A stretch of DNA of 64,000 nucleotides from an uncultured Chloroflexia bacterium (GTDB lineage: Bacteria; Chloroflexota; Limnocylindria; Limnocylindrales; CSP1-4): assembly GCA_963763075.1 (NCBI GenBank), contig CAVXNF010000006.1, forward strand, positions 159,728 through 223,727. The letters are read 5' to 3'. The position numbers were made by a program, and so were the translations under genes. This document shows positions 40,696 to 51,376 of this stretch, one piece after another; the first letter of the stretch is position 1, and each line of letters opens with the position of its first letter. The notes beneath the pieces were generated by a model. That model was not told the DNA's origin. It saw only the letters and a list, made by a program, of their open reading frames with translations, and searched no databases.

Positions 40696-42786
40696 ATGAC
40701 GTTGAAGAGCCACGACCTCGCCCACATCCGGAGCGTCGTGCTCGCCGGCCATGCCGGCGCGCGGCAAGACCACGCTGGCGGAGCAGGTGCTCTTTCGAGC
40801 CGGCGCGATCCCGCGGCTCGGCAGGGTCGACGACGGCACGGCGCACCTGGACCACGAGCCCGAGGAGCAGAAGCAGCACCGGTCGCTGAGCCTGGCGGTC
40901 GGGACGTTCGAGCGCGGCGAGCACGAGATCACGCGTCGTCGACACGCCCGGCTACCCGGACTTCGTGGCCGAGATGATCGAGGGCTTCCACGCCGCGGAC
41001 GCCGCGCTGTTCGTCATGGACGCGTCGGGCGGCGTCGAGGCGGGCCTCGAGACGGCGGTCAAGGCGGGCCGCGCGACGGGCACCGCGGCCTGCTTCGTCC
41101 TCAACAAGTGCGACCGCGAGAACGCGAACCCGTCGGCGGCGCTCGACGCGCTGCGCGCCGACGTTCGGCAACAAGATCGCCCCGCTCCACCTCGCGATCG
41201 GCGCCGCGGACACGTTCTCGGGCTACGTCGACCTCGTCCATCGCAAGGCGTACCGGTTCGAGGACGGCAGGCCGAGGTCGAGATCCGAGATCCCGGACGA
41301 GCTCGCCGACGAGGTCGCGCGGCGTCGGGACCAGCTGCTCGAGGCGGCGGCCGAGGCCGACGACGACGTGTTCGAGAAGTACCTCGTGCGAGGAGGAGAT
41401 CTAGCGACGCGGAGCTCGACGCGTGCCTCCACAAGGGCGTCCGCGAGTCGGTCCTGGCGCCGGTGCTGGTGGCCTCGGCGACGAAGGGCATCGGCCTCAA
41501 CGCGCTGCTCGACGCGATCGTCCGCTACCTGCCCTCGCCCGAGGAGGAGGGCCCGTACGCCGCGACCGACAAGGCCGGCAAGGACGTCGAGGTCGCGGCG
41601 GATCGGCAGCCAGCTCCTCGTCCGCGTGTTCAAGACCGCGGCCGACCCGTTCGTCGGGCGGCTGACCTACCTGCGCGTCCTGTCGGGCACGCTCAAGAGC
41701 CAGGGCGTCGATCTTCAACGCGACCAAGGGCGAGGACGAGCGGATCGGCCAGCTGCTCTATCTCCACGGCAAGGAGCAGGAGCCGGCCGCGGAGCTGCGG
41801 TCGGGCGAGATCGGCGCGGTCGCCAAGCTCGGCCTGACCGAGACCGGCGACACGCTCACGACGCGCGACGCCGCGCCTGGTGCTGCCGGCGATCGACTTC
41901 CCGGAGCCCACGCTCCAGGTCGCGATCGACCCGGTGTCCAAGGGCGACCTCGACAAGATGGGCCCGGCGCTCCAGCGGATGCTCGAGGAGGAGCCGACGG
42001 CGCGGGTCGAGCGGTCCGACACCGGCGAGCAGATCCTGCGCGCGGTCGGCGAGGCGCACGTCGCGGTCATCACCGAGCGCCTCAAGCGCAAGTTCGGGGC
42101 GGCGATCGCGACCCGGACGCCCACGGTCCCCTACCGCGAGACGATCCGCGGCTCGACCAAGGCCCACGGCCGGTACAAGAAGCAGACCGGCGGGCACGGC
42201 ATGTTCGGCGACGTGTGGATCGAGCTCGAGCCGAACCCCGCCGCCGGCGTCGAGTTCGCCGACAAGGTCGTCGGCGGCTCGGTCCCCAAGGGCTTCTTCG
42301 CGGGCATCGAGAAGGGCATCCGCGAGACGGCCGCCGAGGGCGTGTTCGCGGGCTTCCCGCTGGTCGACTTCAAGGCGACCCTCTACGACGGGTCGTTCCA
42401 CCCGGTCGACTCGAACGAGCTGTCGTTCAAGATCGCGGCCTCGATGGCGCTCAAGGACGGCGTGCTGCAGGCGAAGCCCGTGCTGCTCGAGCCGATCATG
42501 ACACGTCGACGTCCGGATCCCCGAGCAGTACATGGGCGAGGTCAACCGCGACCTCAACGGGCGCCGCGGTCGCGTGCTGGGCATGGACCTCGCCGACGGG
42601 CAGCAGGTGATCAGCGCCCACGTGCCGCAGGCGGAGCTGTTCTCGTACGCGACCGAGCTGCGGTCGCTGACGGGCGGGCGTGGCACGTTCAGCGCGGCCC
42701 TGGACCACTACGAGGACGTGCCGTCACACCTCGCGGAGAAGATCGTCAGCGCGCACAAGAAGGACGGGCACGGCGAGGGCCACTGA
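40696..42786 (+). CDS. Elongation factor G paralog (EF-G2-like translational GTPase); about 8 frame changes
   Basis: The G1 motif LAGHAGAGKTTLAEQVLF spans a frame break. Other pieces are ...LVDTPGYPDFVAEMIEGF..., NKCDRE, ...FKTAADPFVGRLTYLRVLSGTL, and a long C-terminal piece in ORF 41880..42824 (...HGRYKKQTGGHGMFGDVWIELEP...). It ends at 42786. Confidence 0.85.
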
Positions 42787-42820
42787 TCCCGTCCGAGGCG
42801 CCCGAGGGGACGAGAGGACG

Positions 42821-43642
42821 ATGAACGAGCCGCCGTCGCGCGATCCCGTCGCGCCGGCCGTCGGCGTGACCGCGCATGGTCCGGCGTCGGGCGTCCCGCT
42901 GCCGCCTCCGCCGCCGCTGCCGGTCCTCGCGCCGCCGCTTGCCCCGCCGCCGACTCACCCCGCCGCCGGGCTGGTCGTCGCCGCGTGGCTGGCCGGTCGC
43001 GCCCACGGACGCGTCCACGGGCTGGCTCCCAGCCGCGTGGCAGCCGGGCCGGATCGTCGCGCCGGCGGCAGGTGGCCGAACCGTCGCGCGGCTCGCGGCC
43101 GTCGGGGTCATCGGCGTGACCGTCCTCCTCGCACTCGCCATCGCGGCGCTCCGGGTCGCGGGCACGTACCCCTCCAGCCTCGTCGGAACCGACGGTCCCG
43201 GCACAGGCCCGGCAGCGGTGCTGGTGCTGCTGCTGGTGATCGCGATGCTCGCGCTGACGGTGGGGGCGGCGCGTCACTACCTCGATGGCGCCCGGCGGCG
43301 GGCGGGCATGGACGGGGTCGGGGCGTTCGTCGAATCCGCGACGGACGAGGCCAGGCGCCGGTCGGGCACGGCGGCGCCCAGGTCGGGCCGCTGTCGATCC
43401 GGCCGATGCGGCGGACGATCCTCGTCGCGCTCGCCGCCGCGATCGCGGGAGCGGTCGTCCTCGCCATCGGCCAGGGCGTGCTGTGGTTCGCGGCAAGTGA
43501 GCCGGCAATTCGCGCCGGAGCGTGGCTTGCGATCGGCGGGTCGATCGCGCTGATCGCCGCCGCGGCGCTCCTGCCGGTCGTGTTCCGGGGCACGGATCGC
43601 CGGCTCACGGAGGCGAGCCGCGCCGCGGAGGGCGGGCCGGTC
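42821..43642 (+). CDS. Proline-rich N-terminus followed by a polytopic membrane protein; frame changes; 3' boundary unresolved (may be fused to the next gene)
   Basis: ATG 42821 follows GAGAGGA (MNEPPSRDPVAP...PLPPPPPLPVLAPPLAPPP). Hydrophobic segments follow (VIGVTVLLALAIAAL, AAVLVLLLVIAMLALTV, TILVALAAAIAGAVVLAIG, WLAIGGSIALIAAAALLPVV). They are spread over ORFs 42680..43810 and 42876..43553. Confidence 0.45.
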
Positions 43643-45115
43643 GTGGATCCGGGTCGGCGCAACGTCGTCGTCGCGCCGCTGCTCGCGGTCGCCATCGCTC
43701 GGGTCCACGGCGCTTGCGTTCGGCATCAACGTCGCGGATGCCGAGCCGGCGGTGTGCGACGTCGGGCCCGGCTGGTCGTGCGGCCTCGTCCGCGTGCCGG
43801 CCGATCGTGATGCGCCGTCGTCGGGCGTGCTCGAGATCGCGTACACCATCCACCCGGCAACCGCCCTCTCCCCGGGCGCGCCGCGACGGGTGCTCGTGCT
43901 CGCCGTCGGCGGGCCGGGCGTCGCCGGGCTGCCCGAGGCGGACTGGATGTACGACAGCCTCGACGCCGCGTGTCCGCGACCAGTTCGACGTCGTCGTCTA
44001 CGACCCGCGCTCCACGGGCCAGTCCGAGTTCCGTGACTGTCCCGACGCGGCCACGGCGTACTACGCCGAGGACGGGCTGCCGACGGCCCCATCGGCCCGG
44101 ACGTTCGCGGAACGGTGCATCGCGGAGAGCGGCGCCGACGCGCTCGACCTCGCCCGGTACGGCACCCGTGCGGTCGCCGAGGACATCGACGCCCTGCGCG
44201 ACGTCCTCGGCGTGGAGCGGATCTCGCTGTACGGGGTGAGCTACGGGACGGTCGTCGCCCAGGCGTACGCGGCGGCCCATCCCGACCGCGTCGACGCGCT
44301 CGTCCTTGACGCGCCGGTCGATCGCTCGCTGCCACCGGCCGAGAGCTGGGCGGTGAGCGCGGTCGGGATTCGAGTCGGCGCTGCAGGACACGTTCGCCGC
44401 GTGCCGGGCGGACTCCTCGTGCCACGACGACCTCCCCGACCCCGGCCGGGCGTGGACGCGGCTGCTCGACGCGACGGAGCGCCGGCCGCTCGAGACGCAG
44501 CTGTTCGACGACCACGGCTCCGAGTACCCGGTGACGATCACGCGCGCCGGCCTCGTCAACATGATGCAGGGCGCGATGTACGACATCGACCGACCGGATG
44601 TCGTTCCTGCGTGCGCTCGCGGCGTATCGACCGCGAGGACTCGCGCGGGCTCGCGCGGCTGTGGGACGCGTGGAGCGGCGCGTCGGCCGACTCGTCGTTC
44701 GCGTACTTCGCGACCTGGTGCGCCGACGGGCGCCACTCGCCGACGTCCGCGGCCGACGACTTCGACGCCTACGTCCGCGTGGCGCCCGCGCGCCGGCGTC
44801 TACGATCCGGCGCTCGCTGAGCGTCGCGTACAGCACCGCGCCCTGCCTGTACTGGCCCTCGCAGCCCGAGCAATGGCGGCACCGGCCGAGGCGACGACCG
44901 TCCCGACGCTCATCCTCGCCGCGACGAGCGACCCGATCACGCCCGTGTCCGAGGCGAGAGCGATCCTCGGACGGCACCCGGAGGCGCGGCTCGTCGAGAC
45001 CCGCGGCGGGGCGCACGGCTCGCTGGGCGACGACTGCCCGATGGAGCGGATGACGCGCTTCCTCGTCGACGGGACGCTGCCCTCGGCGTCGCGCACGTCG
45101 ACCTGCGTGGGCTAG
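43643..45115 (+). CDS. Secreted alpha/beta hydrolase of the tripeptidyl-aminopeptidase (TAP) type; about 5 frame changes
   Basis: A possible signal sequence is RRNVVVAPLLAVAIA...ALAFGINVADA. The core reads VLVLAVGGPGVAG..., FDVVVYDPRSTGQS, and the nucleophile elbow LYGVSYGTVVAQAYAAAHPDRVDALVLDAP. The C-terminus reads ...PTLILAATSDPITP...GGAHGS...C. Confidence 0.7.
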
Positions 45116-45496
45116 ATCATCGACGTCTACATCCCGATCGCGCCGCTGCCCGCGACGACGGCCGACGACGTGGTCTCCGGGCTGTACTGGGAGCTGTTCG
45201 GCGACCCGCTGGTGCTCGGCTGGTCGGGCGACGAGCCGCTCGAGTTCGGCTGCGCGGACGGCGGGACGGCGACCTTCGAACCGGTCGACGAGCGCTGGCG
45301 CACGGCGGTCAGCCTCGACCGGTGCAGTACGTGCCCGGCGCGCAGCTGAGCGGCTCCGGGACGCTCGAGCTGTCGGGCTGGGGCGCCGACCTCGACCTGA
45401 CCTCGCCGCGGGGCGACCTGCACCTCGACGGCGACTACGACCACTGGCGGATCACAGGGACGTGGGATGGCGCAGCCGGTCTCCGTCGACGAGTAG
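45116..45496 (+). other. Coding-like ~125-codon stretch continuing in frame after the hydrolase TAG stop
   Basis: After TAG 45113-45115 the same frame reads IIDVYIPIAPLPATTADDVVSGLYWELFGDPLVLGWSGDEPLEFGCADGGTATFEPVDERW... It then shifts to ...YVPGAQLSGSGTLELSGWGADLDLTSPRGDLHLDGDYDHWRITGTWDG. There is no canonical start at its 5' end. Confidence 0.3.
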
Positions 45497-45516
45497 CGGA
45501 CGAGGAGCGGGACGCC

Positions 45517-46276
45517 TCAGGCCGCCGGGCCGTCCAGCGCCTCGAGCAGGGACCGCAGGTCGATCCGGCCCTCGTAGATCGCCTTGCCGACGATCGCGCC
45601 GGCGCAGCCGGCCGCCTGGACCGCGAGGACATCCTCGATCGATGCCACGCCGCCGGAGGCGATGATCCGGCCACGCTCGAGCGCCACGAGCGAGCGCAGG
45701 AGCGCGAGGTCCGGGCCTTCGAGGGATCCGTCGCGCTCGATCGCGGTCACCTCGAAGGTGTCGACGCCGGCGTCCGCGAGCATGCCGATCGCATCGGTCG
45801 CCGGCACGCCCGGCCGCGCCCGGACGCCAGCCCTCGCCGAGCGCGAGCCCGTCGCGGATGTCGATCGAGCCGACGATCCTCGACGAGCCGTGGCGGTCGA
45901 CGAGCTCGCGAGCGAAGGCGGGGTCGCGGAGCGCCGCCGTGCCGACGGCCACCCTCGCGGCCCCGATGCCGAGCGCCCCGGCGACGTCCTCCGCGGTCCG
46001 CAGGCCGCCGCCGAGCTCGACGCGTGCCCGGCCGAGCGTCTCGGCGACGATCCCCGCCGCGACCTCCAGCTGGCGCGGCTCCCCTGCCCGCGCGCCGTCG
46101 AGGTCGACGACGTGGAGCCAGGTCACGCCGATCGCCGCGAACCGCCCCGCAACGGCGACCGGGTCGCCGTCATAGGCCGTCTCGCGCGCGAAGTCCCCCT
46201 GCTCGAGCCGCACGACCTGGCCGCCGCGCAGGTCGATGGCGGGCAGCAGCTCGAACGCCCCCTGTTCCGTTGACAT
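45517..46276 (-). CDS. hisA: ProFAR isomerase HisA; one frame change near 45810
   Basis: The sequence reads MSTEQGAFELLPAIDLRGGQVVRLEQGDFARETAY...WLHVVDLDGA (ORF 45452..46276), then ...VTAIERDGSLEGPDLALLRSL...IIASGGVASIEDV...GAIVGKAIYEG (ORF 45517..45807). Confidence 0.85.
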
Positions 46277-46328
46277 GCGATCCCCCGTCCTGCTACCGTT
46301 TTAGCACGCTAATACGCTAGCATGCTCA
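46270..46328. promoter_or_regulatory. Candidate his-operon promoter (TTGACA-18 nt-TACCGT) and two related palindromic boxes
   Basis: TTGACA lies at 46270-46275 and TACCGT at 46294-46299. The boxes are TAGCACGCTAA (46302-46312, arms TTAGC/GCTAA) and TAGCATGCTCA (46318-46328, containing the perfect AGCATGCT). They sit 16 bp apart in the only AT-richer patch of the 103-bp hisA/yerC-like divergent region. Confidence 0.3.
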
Positions 46329-46379
46329 CACGAGGCGCCGGTCGCTGGCGCCGCGACCCCCGGAAGGAGCCGCACGCCC

Positions 46380-46712
46380 GTGGCCGAAGAGTGGCGAACG
46401 CCCGAGACCGACGCCCTGATCGACGCCATTCTGCGCCTCGACAGCCGCGACGAGGCGGAGCGATTCCTGCGCGACCTGTGCACGCTCGGCGAGCTGCGCG
46501 ACATGGGCCAGCGATGGGCCGTCGTCCGGCTCCTCGACGACGGCCTCCACTACGCCGAGATCTCGAAGCAGACCGGGGCGAGCACCGCGACGATCACCCG
46601 CATCGCGTCGTGGCTCAACCACGGTGAGGGCGGCTACCGGCGCATGCTCGAGAAGCTGAAGTCGACGTCCGGCGAGGGATCGCTCCCCTACCCGACCGGC
46701 ACGGAGCGATGA
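46380..46712 (+). CDS. TrpR-like YerC/YecD-family DNA-binding protein (HisR-like candidate)
   Basis: Intact 110-aa ORF with a GTG start behind GGAAGGAG. The sequence LCTLGELRDMGQRWAVVRLLDDGLHYAEISKQTGASTATITRIASWLNHGEGGY matches the family. Its stop overlaps the hisG ATG (ATGA). Confidence 0.8.
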   Translation: MAEEWRTPETDALIDAILRLDSRDEAERFLRDLCTLGELRDMGQRWAVVRLLDDGLHYAEISKQTGASTATITRIASWLNHGEGGYRRMLEKLKSTSGEGSLPYPTGTER

Positions 46713-47569
46713 GGGACCGCCTCCGCCTGGCGATCCCCAACAAGGGTCGCCTGCTCGAATCCACCCTCAGCCTGCTCGCCGACGCCGGGCTCGTGTTCGA
46801 GGCGCACGACCGGAGCCTCGTCGCACGCGTCCAGAACCACCCGCTCGACATCCTGTTCGTGCGCACGAACGACGTGGTCGAGTTCGTCGCGGATGCCGTG
46901 GCGGAGGTCGGCGTGACGGGCGGCGACATCCTCGCCGAGTCCGGGGTCGACCTGCCGGTCCTGCGCGAGCTCGGCTACGGCCGCTGCCGCCTGGCGGCCG
47001 CCGTGTCCGGCGACGCCCCGTACCAGGAGCTCGCGGACCTCAACGGCGTCCGGGTCGCGACATCGCACCCCAACGTGACCCGCCGGTTCTTCGAGCGCCA
47101 GGGCATCGCCGTCGAGGTCGTGTCGCTCTCCGGCGCCGTGGAGGTCGCGCCGCGGCTCGGCCTCGCCGACGCGATCGTGGACCTCGTCTCGACCGGCTCG
47201 ACGCTCCAGATGAACGGGCTGCGAGCCATCGGCGACATCCTCGCCTCCGAGGCGATCCTCGTCGCCAACCCGGTGGCCTGCGTGGAGCGCGCGCCCGAGC
47301 TCGACGCCATCGTGACGATGCTCGGCTCGGTGATCGCCGCCCGCGGCCGCAAGTACCTGATGATGAACGCGCCCGCGACGAAGCTGACCGAGCTCGAGGA
47401 TCTCCTCCCGGGCCTCGAGTCGCCGTCCGTGATCCCGCTCGCGCACGAGGGGATGATCGCGATCCACTCGGTCGTCGGCTCGGACGAGGTCTGGGGCCTC
47501 CTGCCGCGGCTCAAGGCCGCCGGCGCGTCCGGGATCCTCGTCCTGCCGATCGAGAAGATCCTCCCGTGA
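46709..47569 (+). CDS. hisG: ATP phosphoribosyltransferase (long form)
   Basis: Intact 286-aa ORF beginning MRDRLRLAIPNKGRLLESTLSLLADAG...DLVSTGSTLQMNGL..., with a C-terminal regulatory domain. Confidence 0.9.
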   Translation: MRDRLRLAIPNKGRLLESTLSLLADAGLVFEAHDRSLVARVQNHPLDILFVRTNDVVEFVADAVAEVGVTGGDILAESGVDLPVLRELGYGRCRLAAAVSGDAPYQELADLNGVRVATSHPNVTRRFFERQGIAVEVVSLSGAVEVAPRLGLADAIVDLVSTGSTLQMNGLRAIGDILASEAILVANPVACVERAPELDAIVTMLGSVIAARGRKYLMMNAPATKLTELEDLLPGLESPSVIPLAHEGMIAIHSVVGSDEVWGLLPRLKAAGASGILVLPIEKILP

Positions 47570-48944
47570 CCGCGCTCGGCGACCCCGCCGGCCTCACGCT
47601 CCGCCGCCTCGACCTCCGCGCGCCCGATGCCGCGGCCGAGCGCGAGCGCGACGCCCTGTGCCGCCGCGGCGCCGTCCCCGATCCTGCCGTCCGGGACGCG
47701 GCCCGCACGATCCTCGCCGACGTCCGCGAGCGCGGCGCCGACGCCGTCCGGGACGCCGCCGCGCGCTTCGGCGGCGGGCGGCCCGACGGTCGCCTGCTCA
47801 TCGATCGCGACCGAGCTCCGGGCCGCCGTCGACGCCTGGCGCCCGACCGATCGGGCCGCCCTCGAGACGGCCATCGCGAACGTCCGCCGGTTCGCCGAGA
47901 CGCAGCGGCCGGTCACGACCCGCACCACGATCGTCGAGGGCGTCGAGCTCGAGCGCCGCTGGCTCCCGGTCCGCCGGGCCGGCGTCTACGCGCCCGGTGG
48001 CTCGGCGCCCTACCCGAGCTCGCTCGTCATGGGCGTCGTCCCGGCGCGGGTCGCGGGCGTCGACACGATCGTCGTCGCGTCGCCCGCGGACGTGACGGGA
48101 ACGTCCACCCGGTCCTGCTCGGCGCGGCCGGCCTGCTCGACGTCGACGCGCTGCTCGTCGCGGGCGGCGTCCAGGCGATCGCCGCCCTCGCGTACGGGCT
48201 GCCCGACCGAGGGCCTGGCGCCGATGGACCTCGTCGTCGGGCCCGGATCCGCCTGGGTCACGGCCGCCAAGGTCGAGATCGCCGGCGAGGTCGGCATCGA
48301 CCTTCCCGCCGGCCCGTCCGAGGGGCTCGTCCTCGCGGACGCCACCGCCGATGTCCGGACCGTCGCCGCCGACCTCGTCACCCAGGCCGAGCACGGCCCG
48401 GACTCGCCCGCCCTGCTCGTGACGCCGGACGAGGCGCTCGCCGATGCGGTCGAGGCCGAGGTCCGCCGCCGCCTCGCCACCGCGAGCCGCCGCGACATCC
48501 TCGGCCGGGCCCTCGCCGACCACGGCCGGATCGTGCTCGTCCCGGACCTCGAGGCCGGCATCGCCTTCGTCAACGACTACGGCCCGGAGCACCTGTCGCG
48601 TGGACGTCGAGCCGCTGGAGGCCACCGTCGACCGGATCCGGAACGCCGGCTCGATCTTCGTCGGGCCGCTGGAGCCCGGAGAGCGCCGGCGACTACGCCT
48701 CGGGCGCGAACCACGTCCTGCCCACCGGCGGCCTCGCGCGCGCCTGCGGGCCGCTCGCCGTCGAGACGTTCGGCAAGTTCAACCAGGTCCAGCGGATCAC
48801 GCGCGAGGGGCTGGCGACGCTCCGACCGGCCATCCGCGCCCTCGCCGAGGCGGAGGGCCTGCTCGCCCATCGCGACGCGGTCGAGGCCCGCTTCGACGAC
48901 GAGGCGCCCACCCGACCCCAGCCGCCCAGGAGGCCGCCCGATGA
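47566..48944 (+). CDS. hisD: Histidinol dehydrogenase; about 4 frame changes
   Basis: The pieces are ...GVYAPGGSAPYPSSLVMGVVPARVAGV..., ...VGPGSAWVTAAKVEIAGEVGIDLPAGPSEGLVLAD..., ...QAEHGPDS... and ...VNDYGPEHL... Its start overlaps the hisG stop, and its probable stop overlaps the hisC ATG (ATGA at 48941-48944). Confidence 0.9.
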
Positions 48945-50118
48945 GCCCCAGCCCGTTCGCGGTGACCTCGCCGACCGATCCCGCGTCCTACAGCTGGGAG
49001 GCGACCGACGAGGGCGTCGCCGAGCGGTTCGGGATCCCGGTGTCGCAGGTGCTCCGGTTCGACCTCAACACGTCGCCCGCGCCGCCCGCGATGCTCCCCG
49101 GCCTGCTCGCGGCCAACCGGTTCGAGACGACGCCTCTCGGAGTACCCGCCCGGCGACTACCGCCGGCTCGTCGAGGCCGCCGCGGCCCGCTACGGGGTCG
49201 CGTTCGACGAGGTCGTGCCCGGCGCCGGCGCGGACGAGATCCTCGACATGTGCACGAAGGCGTTCCTGCCCGCGGGCGAGGCGGCGGTCATCTCGATCCC
49301 GACCTACGCCGATGTACCGCGTCCACGCCGAGCAGCGTGGCGGCGAGGTCATCGCCGTGCCGCGCCGCTCGAAGGCCGACGGCTGGGCGATGGACGTCCC
49401 GGCGGTCCGTGCCGCGGCCCGCGAGCGCGACGCTCGTCTGGGTCTGCAACCCGAACAACCCCACCGGCCGCCCCGAGCCCGACGGCGCGATCGAGGCGCT
49501 CGCTCCAGGGCATCGAGGACGACGCCGCGGCCGACGGGCGCGCGGCGCCCGCGGTCGTCGTGGACGAGGCCTACAGCGAGTTCGTCCGGGCACTCGGTGA
49601 TCCCGCTCCGGACCCGGTACCCGAACGTCGTCTCGGTCCGCACGGCCTCCAAGGCGTACTCGATGGCCGGGCTGCGGGTCGGGTTCGCGGTCGGGGCCGC
49701 GCGAGACGATCGCGCCGGCTCGCGATCTACCGGCCGCCGGGCTCGATCGGGACCATCTCCGCGACGTCGGTCGCGGCCGCGCTGCGAGGACCCGACGAGA
49801 TGCGACGCGAACGTCGACCGCGTCGAGGCGGAACGGCCGCGGCTCGCGGCGGCGCTCGCCGAGGTCGGCTGGGACCCGCAGCCGAGCGTGACCAACTTCC
49901 TGCTGCTCGACCTCGCCACCGCCGAACGGGCCGAGGCCGCCGCGCTCGCGCTCATGGCCCGCGGCCTCGTGCCGCGCACGTTCGGGCACGGCCATCCGCT
50001 CGCGCTCTGCCTGCGCGTGACCGTCCGCAACGCCGGACGAGGACGAGCGCCTGATCGAGGCCGCGTGGGAGATCGACCCGACCCTGCCCCCCCGCCCGCC
50101 CCGGAGACCGCCGCATGA
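48941..50118 (+). CDS. hisC: Histidinol-phosphate aminotransferase; about 6 frame changes; 3' end uncertain
   Basis: The pieces are ...RFDLNTSPAPP..., ...GAGADEILDMCTKAFL..., ...LVWVCNPNNPTG..., ...VVVDEAYSEF..., ...VSVRTASKAYSMAGLRVGFAVG... and ...LRVTVRN... Confidence 0.85.
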
Positions 50119-50164
50119 CCACGCCGCTCGGCACGCTCGACGTCCAGGCGCGCGAGGCCGCCGC

Positions 50165-50741
50165 GTGACCGTCGCCCGGAGGACGCGCGAGACCGACATC
50201 ACGATCTCGCTCGGCCTCGACGGCACCGGGAATGCCGTGATCGCCACCGGGATCGGGTTCTACGACCACCTGCTCGGGTCGCTCGCCCACCACGGCCTGT
50301 TCGACCTCGACATCCGGGCGACCGGCGACCTCGAGATCGACGAGCACCACACCGTCGAGGACGTCGCGCTCGTGCTCGGCGCGGCGTTCGCGGAGGCGCT
50401 CGGCGACCGGGCCGGGATCCGCCGCTTCGGCGACAGCAGCGTGCCGATGGACGAGACCGTCGCGACGGCGGTCATCGACGTCGGCGGCCGGCCGTACGCG
50501 GTGATCGACCTGCCGTTCCGCGCCGAGCGTGCCGGGCAGCTGCCGCTCCAGCTCGTCGACCACGCGCTGGAGTCGTTCGCGCGCACGGCCGGCGCGACGC
50601 TCCACCTGCGCGGCACCGGCCGCAACGACCATCACCTCGCCGAGGCGGCGTTCAAGGCGCTCGGGCCGCGCGCTGCGCGTCGCGTGCGAGCCCGATCCCC
50701 GCCGCGAGGGCGTCGCGTCGACGAAGGGCTCGCTCGGGTGA
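50165..50741 (+). CDS. hisB: Imidazoleglycerol-phosphate dehydratase; one frame change near 50665
   Basis: It starts at GTG 50165. The sequence [18 protein letters not shown]...[44 protein letters not shown]...[14 protein letters not shown] matches the family. Confidence 0.9.
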
Positions 50742-51376
50742 GCGAGGCAGCGCGACCCGGCCGCTCGTCGTCGTCGTGGACTACGGCGCGGGCAACCTCG
50801 TGTCGATCGAGCAGGCGCTGCGCACCGCCGGTGCCGACGTGCGCCTGGCGACGACCGGCGACGAGATCGACGGCGCGGACCTGCTCGTCGTGCCGGGCGT
50901 CGGGGCCGCCGCGCCCGCGATGGAGCGGCTGCGAGCCGGCGGCTTCGTCGAGCCGATCACGGCCTGGGTCGCAGCAGGACCGCCCGTTCCTCGGCATCTG
51001 CCTCGGGCTCCAGCTGCTGTTCGAGGGCTCGGACGAGGACGGCGCCGAGACGCTGGGCGTCCTGCCCGGCCGGACCGTCCGCCTCGAGGACGCCCCGACG
51101 CTGCCGCACATCGGCTGGAACCAGGTCGAGCGCCGTCGCGAGCACCCGGCCTTCGCGGGCATCGCGCCCGACGCGGACTTCTACTTCGTCCACTCGTACG
51201 TCGGGGCTGCCGGCGGCCGGACGCCGGCGACGCCGTCCTCGCCGAGACCGAGCACGGCTCGCCGTTCGTGTCCGCGGTCGCGCGCGGCAAGCTCCTCGGC
51301 GTCCAGTTCCACCCGGAGCGGTCCGGCGACGGACGGCCTCGGCTGATCGCGAACGTCGTCGCGGAGCGCCGCCTGA
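50738..51376 (+). CDS. hisH: Imidazole glycerol phosphate synthase, glutamine amidotransferase subunit; about 3 frame changes
   Basis: GTG 50738 overlaps the hisB stop. The pieces are ...[18 protein letters not shown]..., ...[16 protein letters not shown]..., ...LPHIGWNQV..., ...FYFVHSY... and ...[11 protein letters not shown]. Confidence 0.85.

Noticed and set aside
42890-42965. Tandem-repeat or CRISPR-like periodicity in the CCG/GCC-rich tract.
   Set aside because: It encodes the proline-rich N-terminus (PLPPPPPLPVLAPPLAPPP). There are no spacer-repeat units, and no array-like structure appears anywhere in the window.
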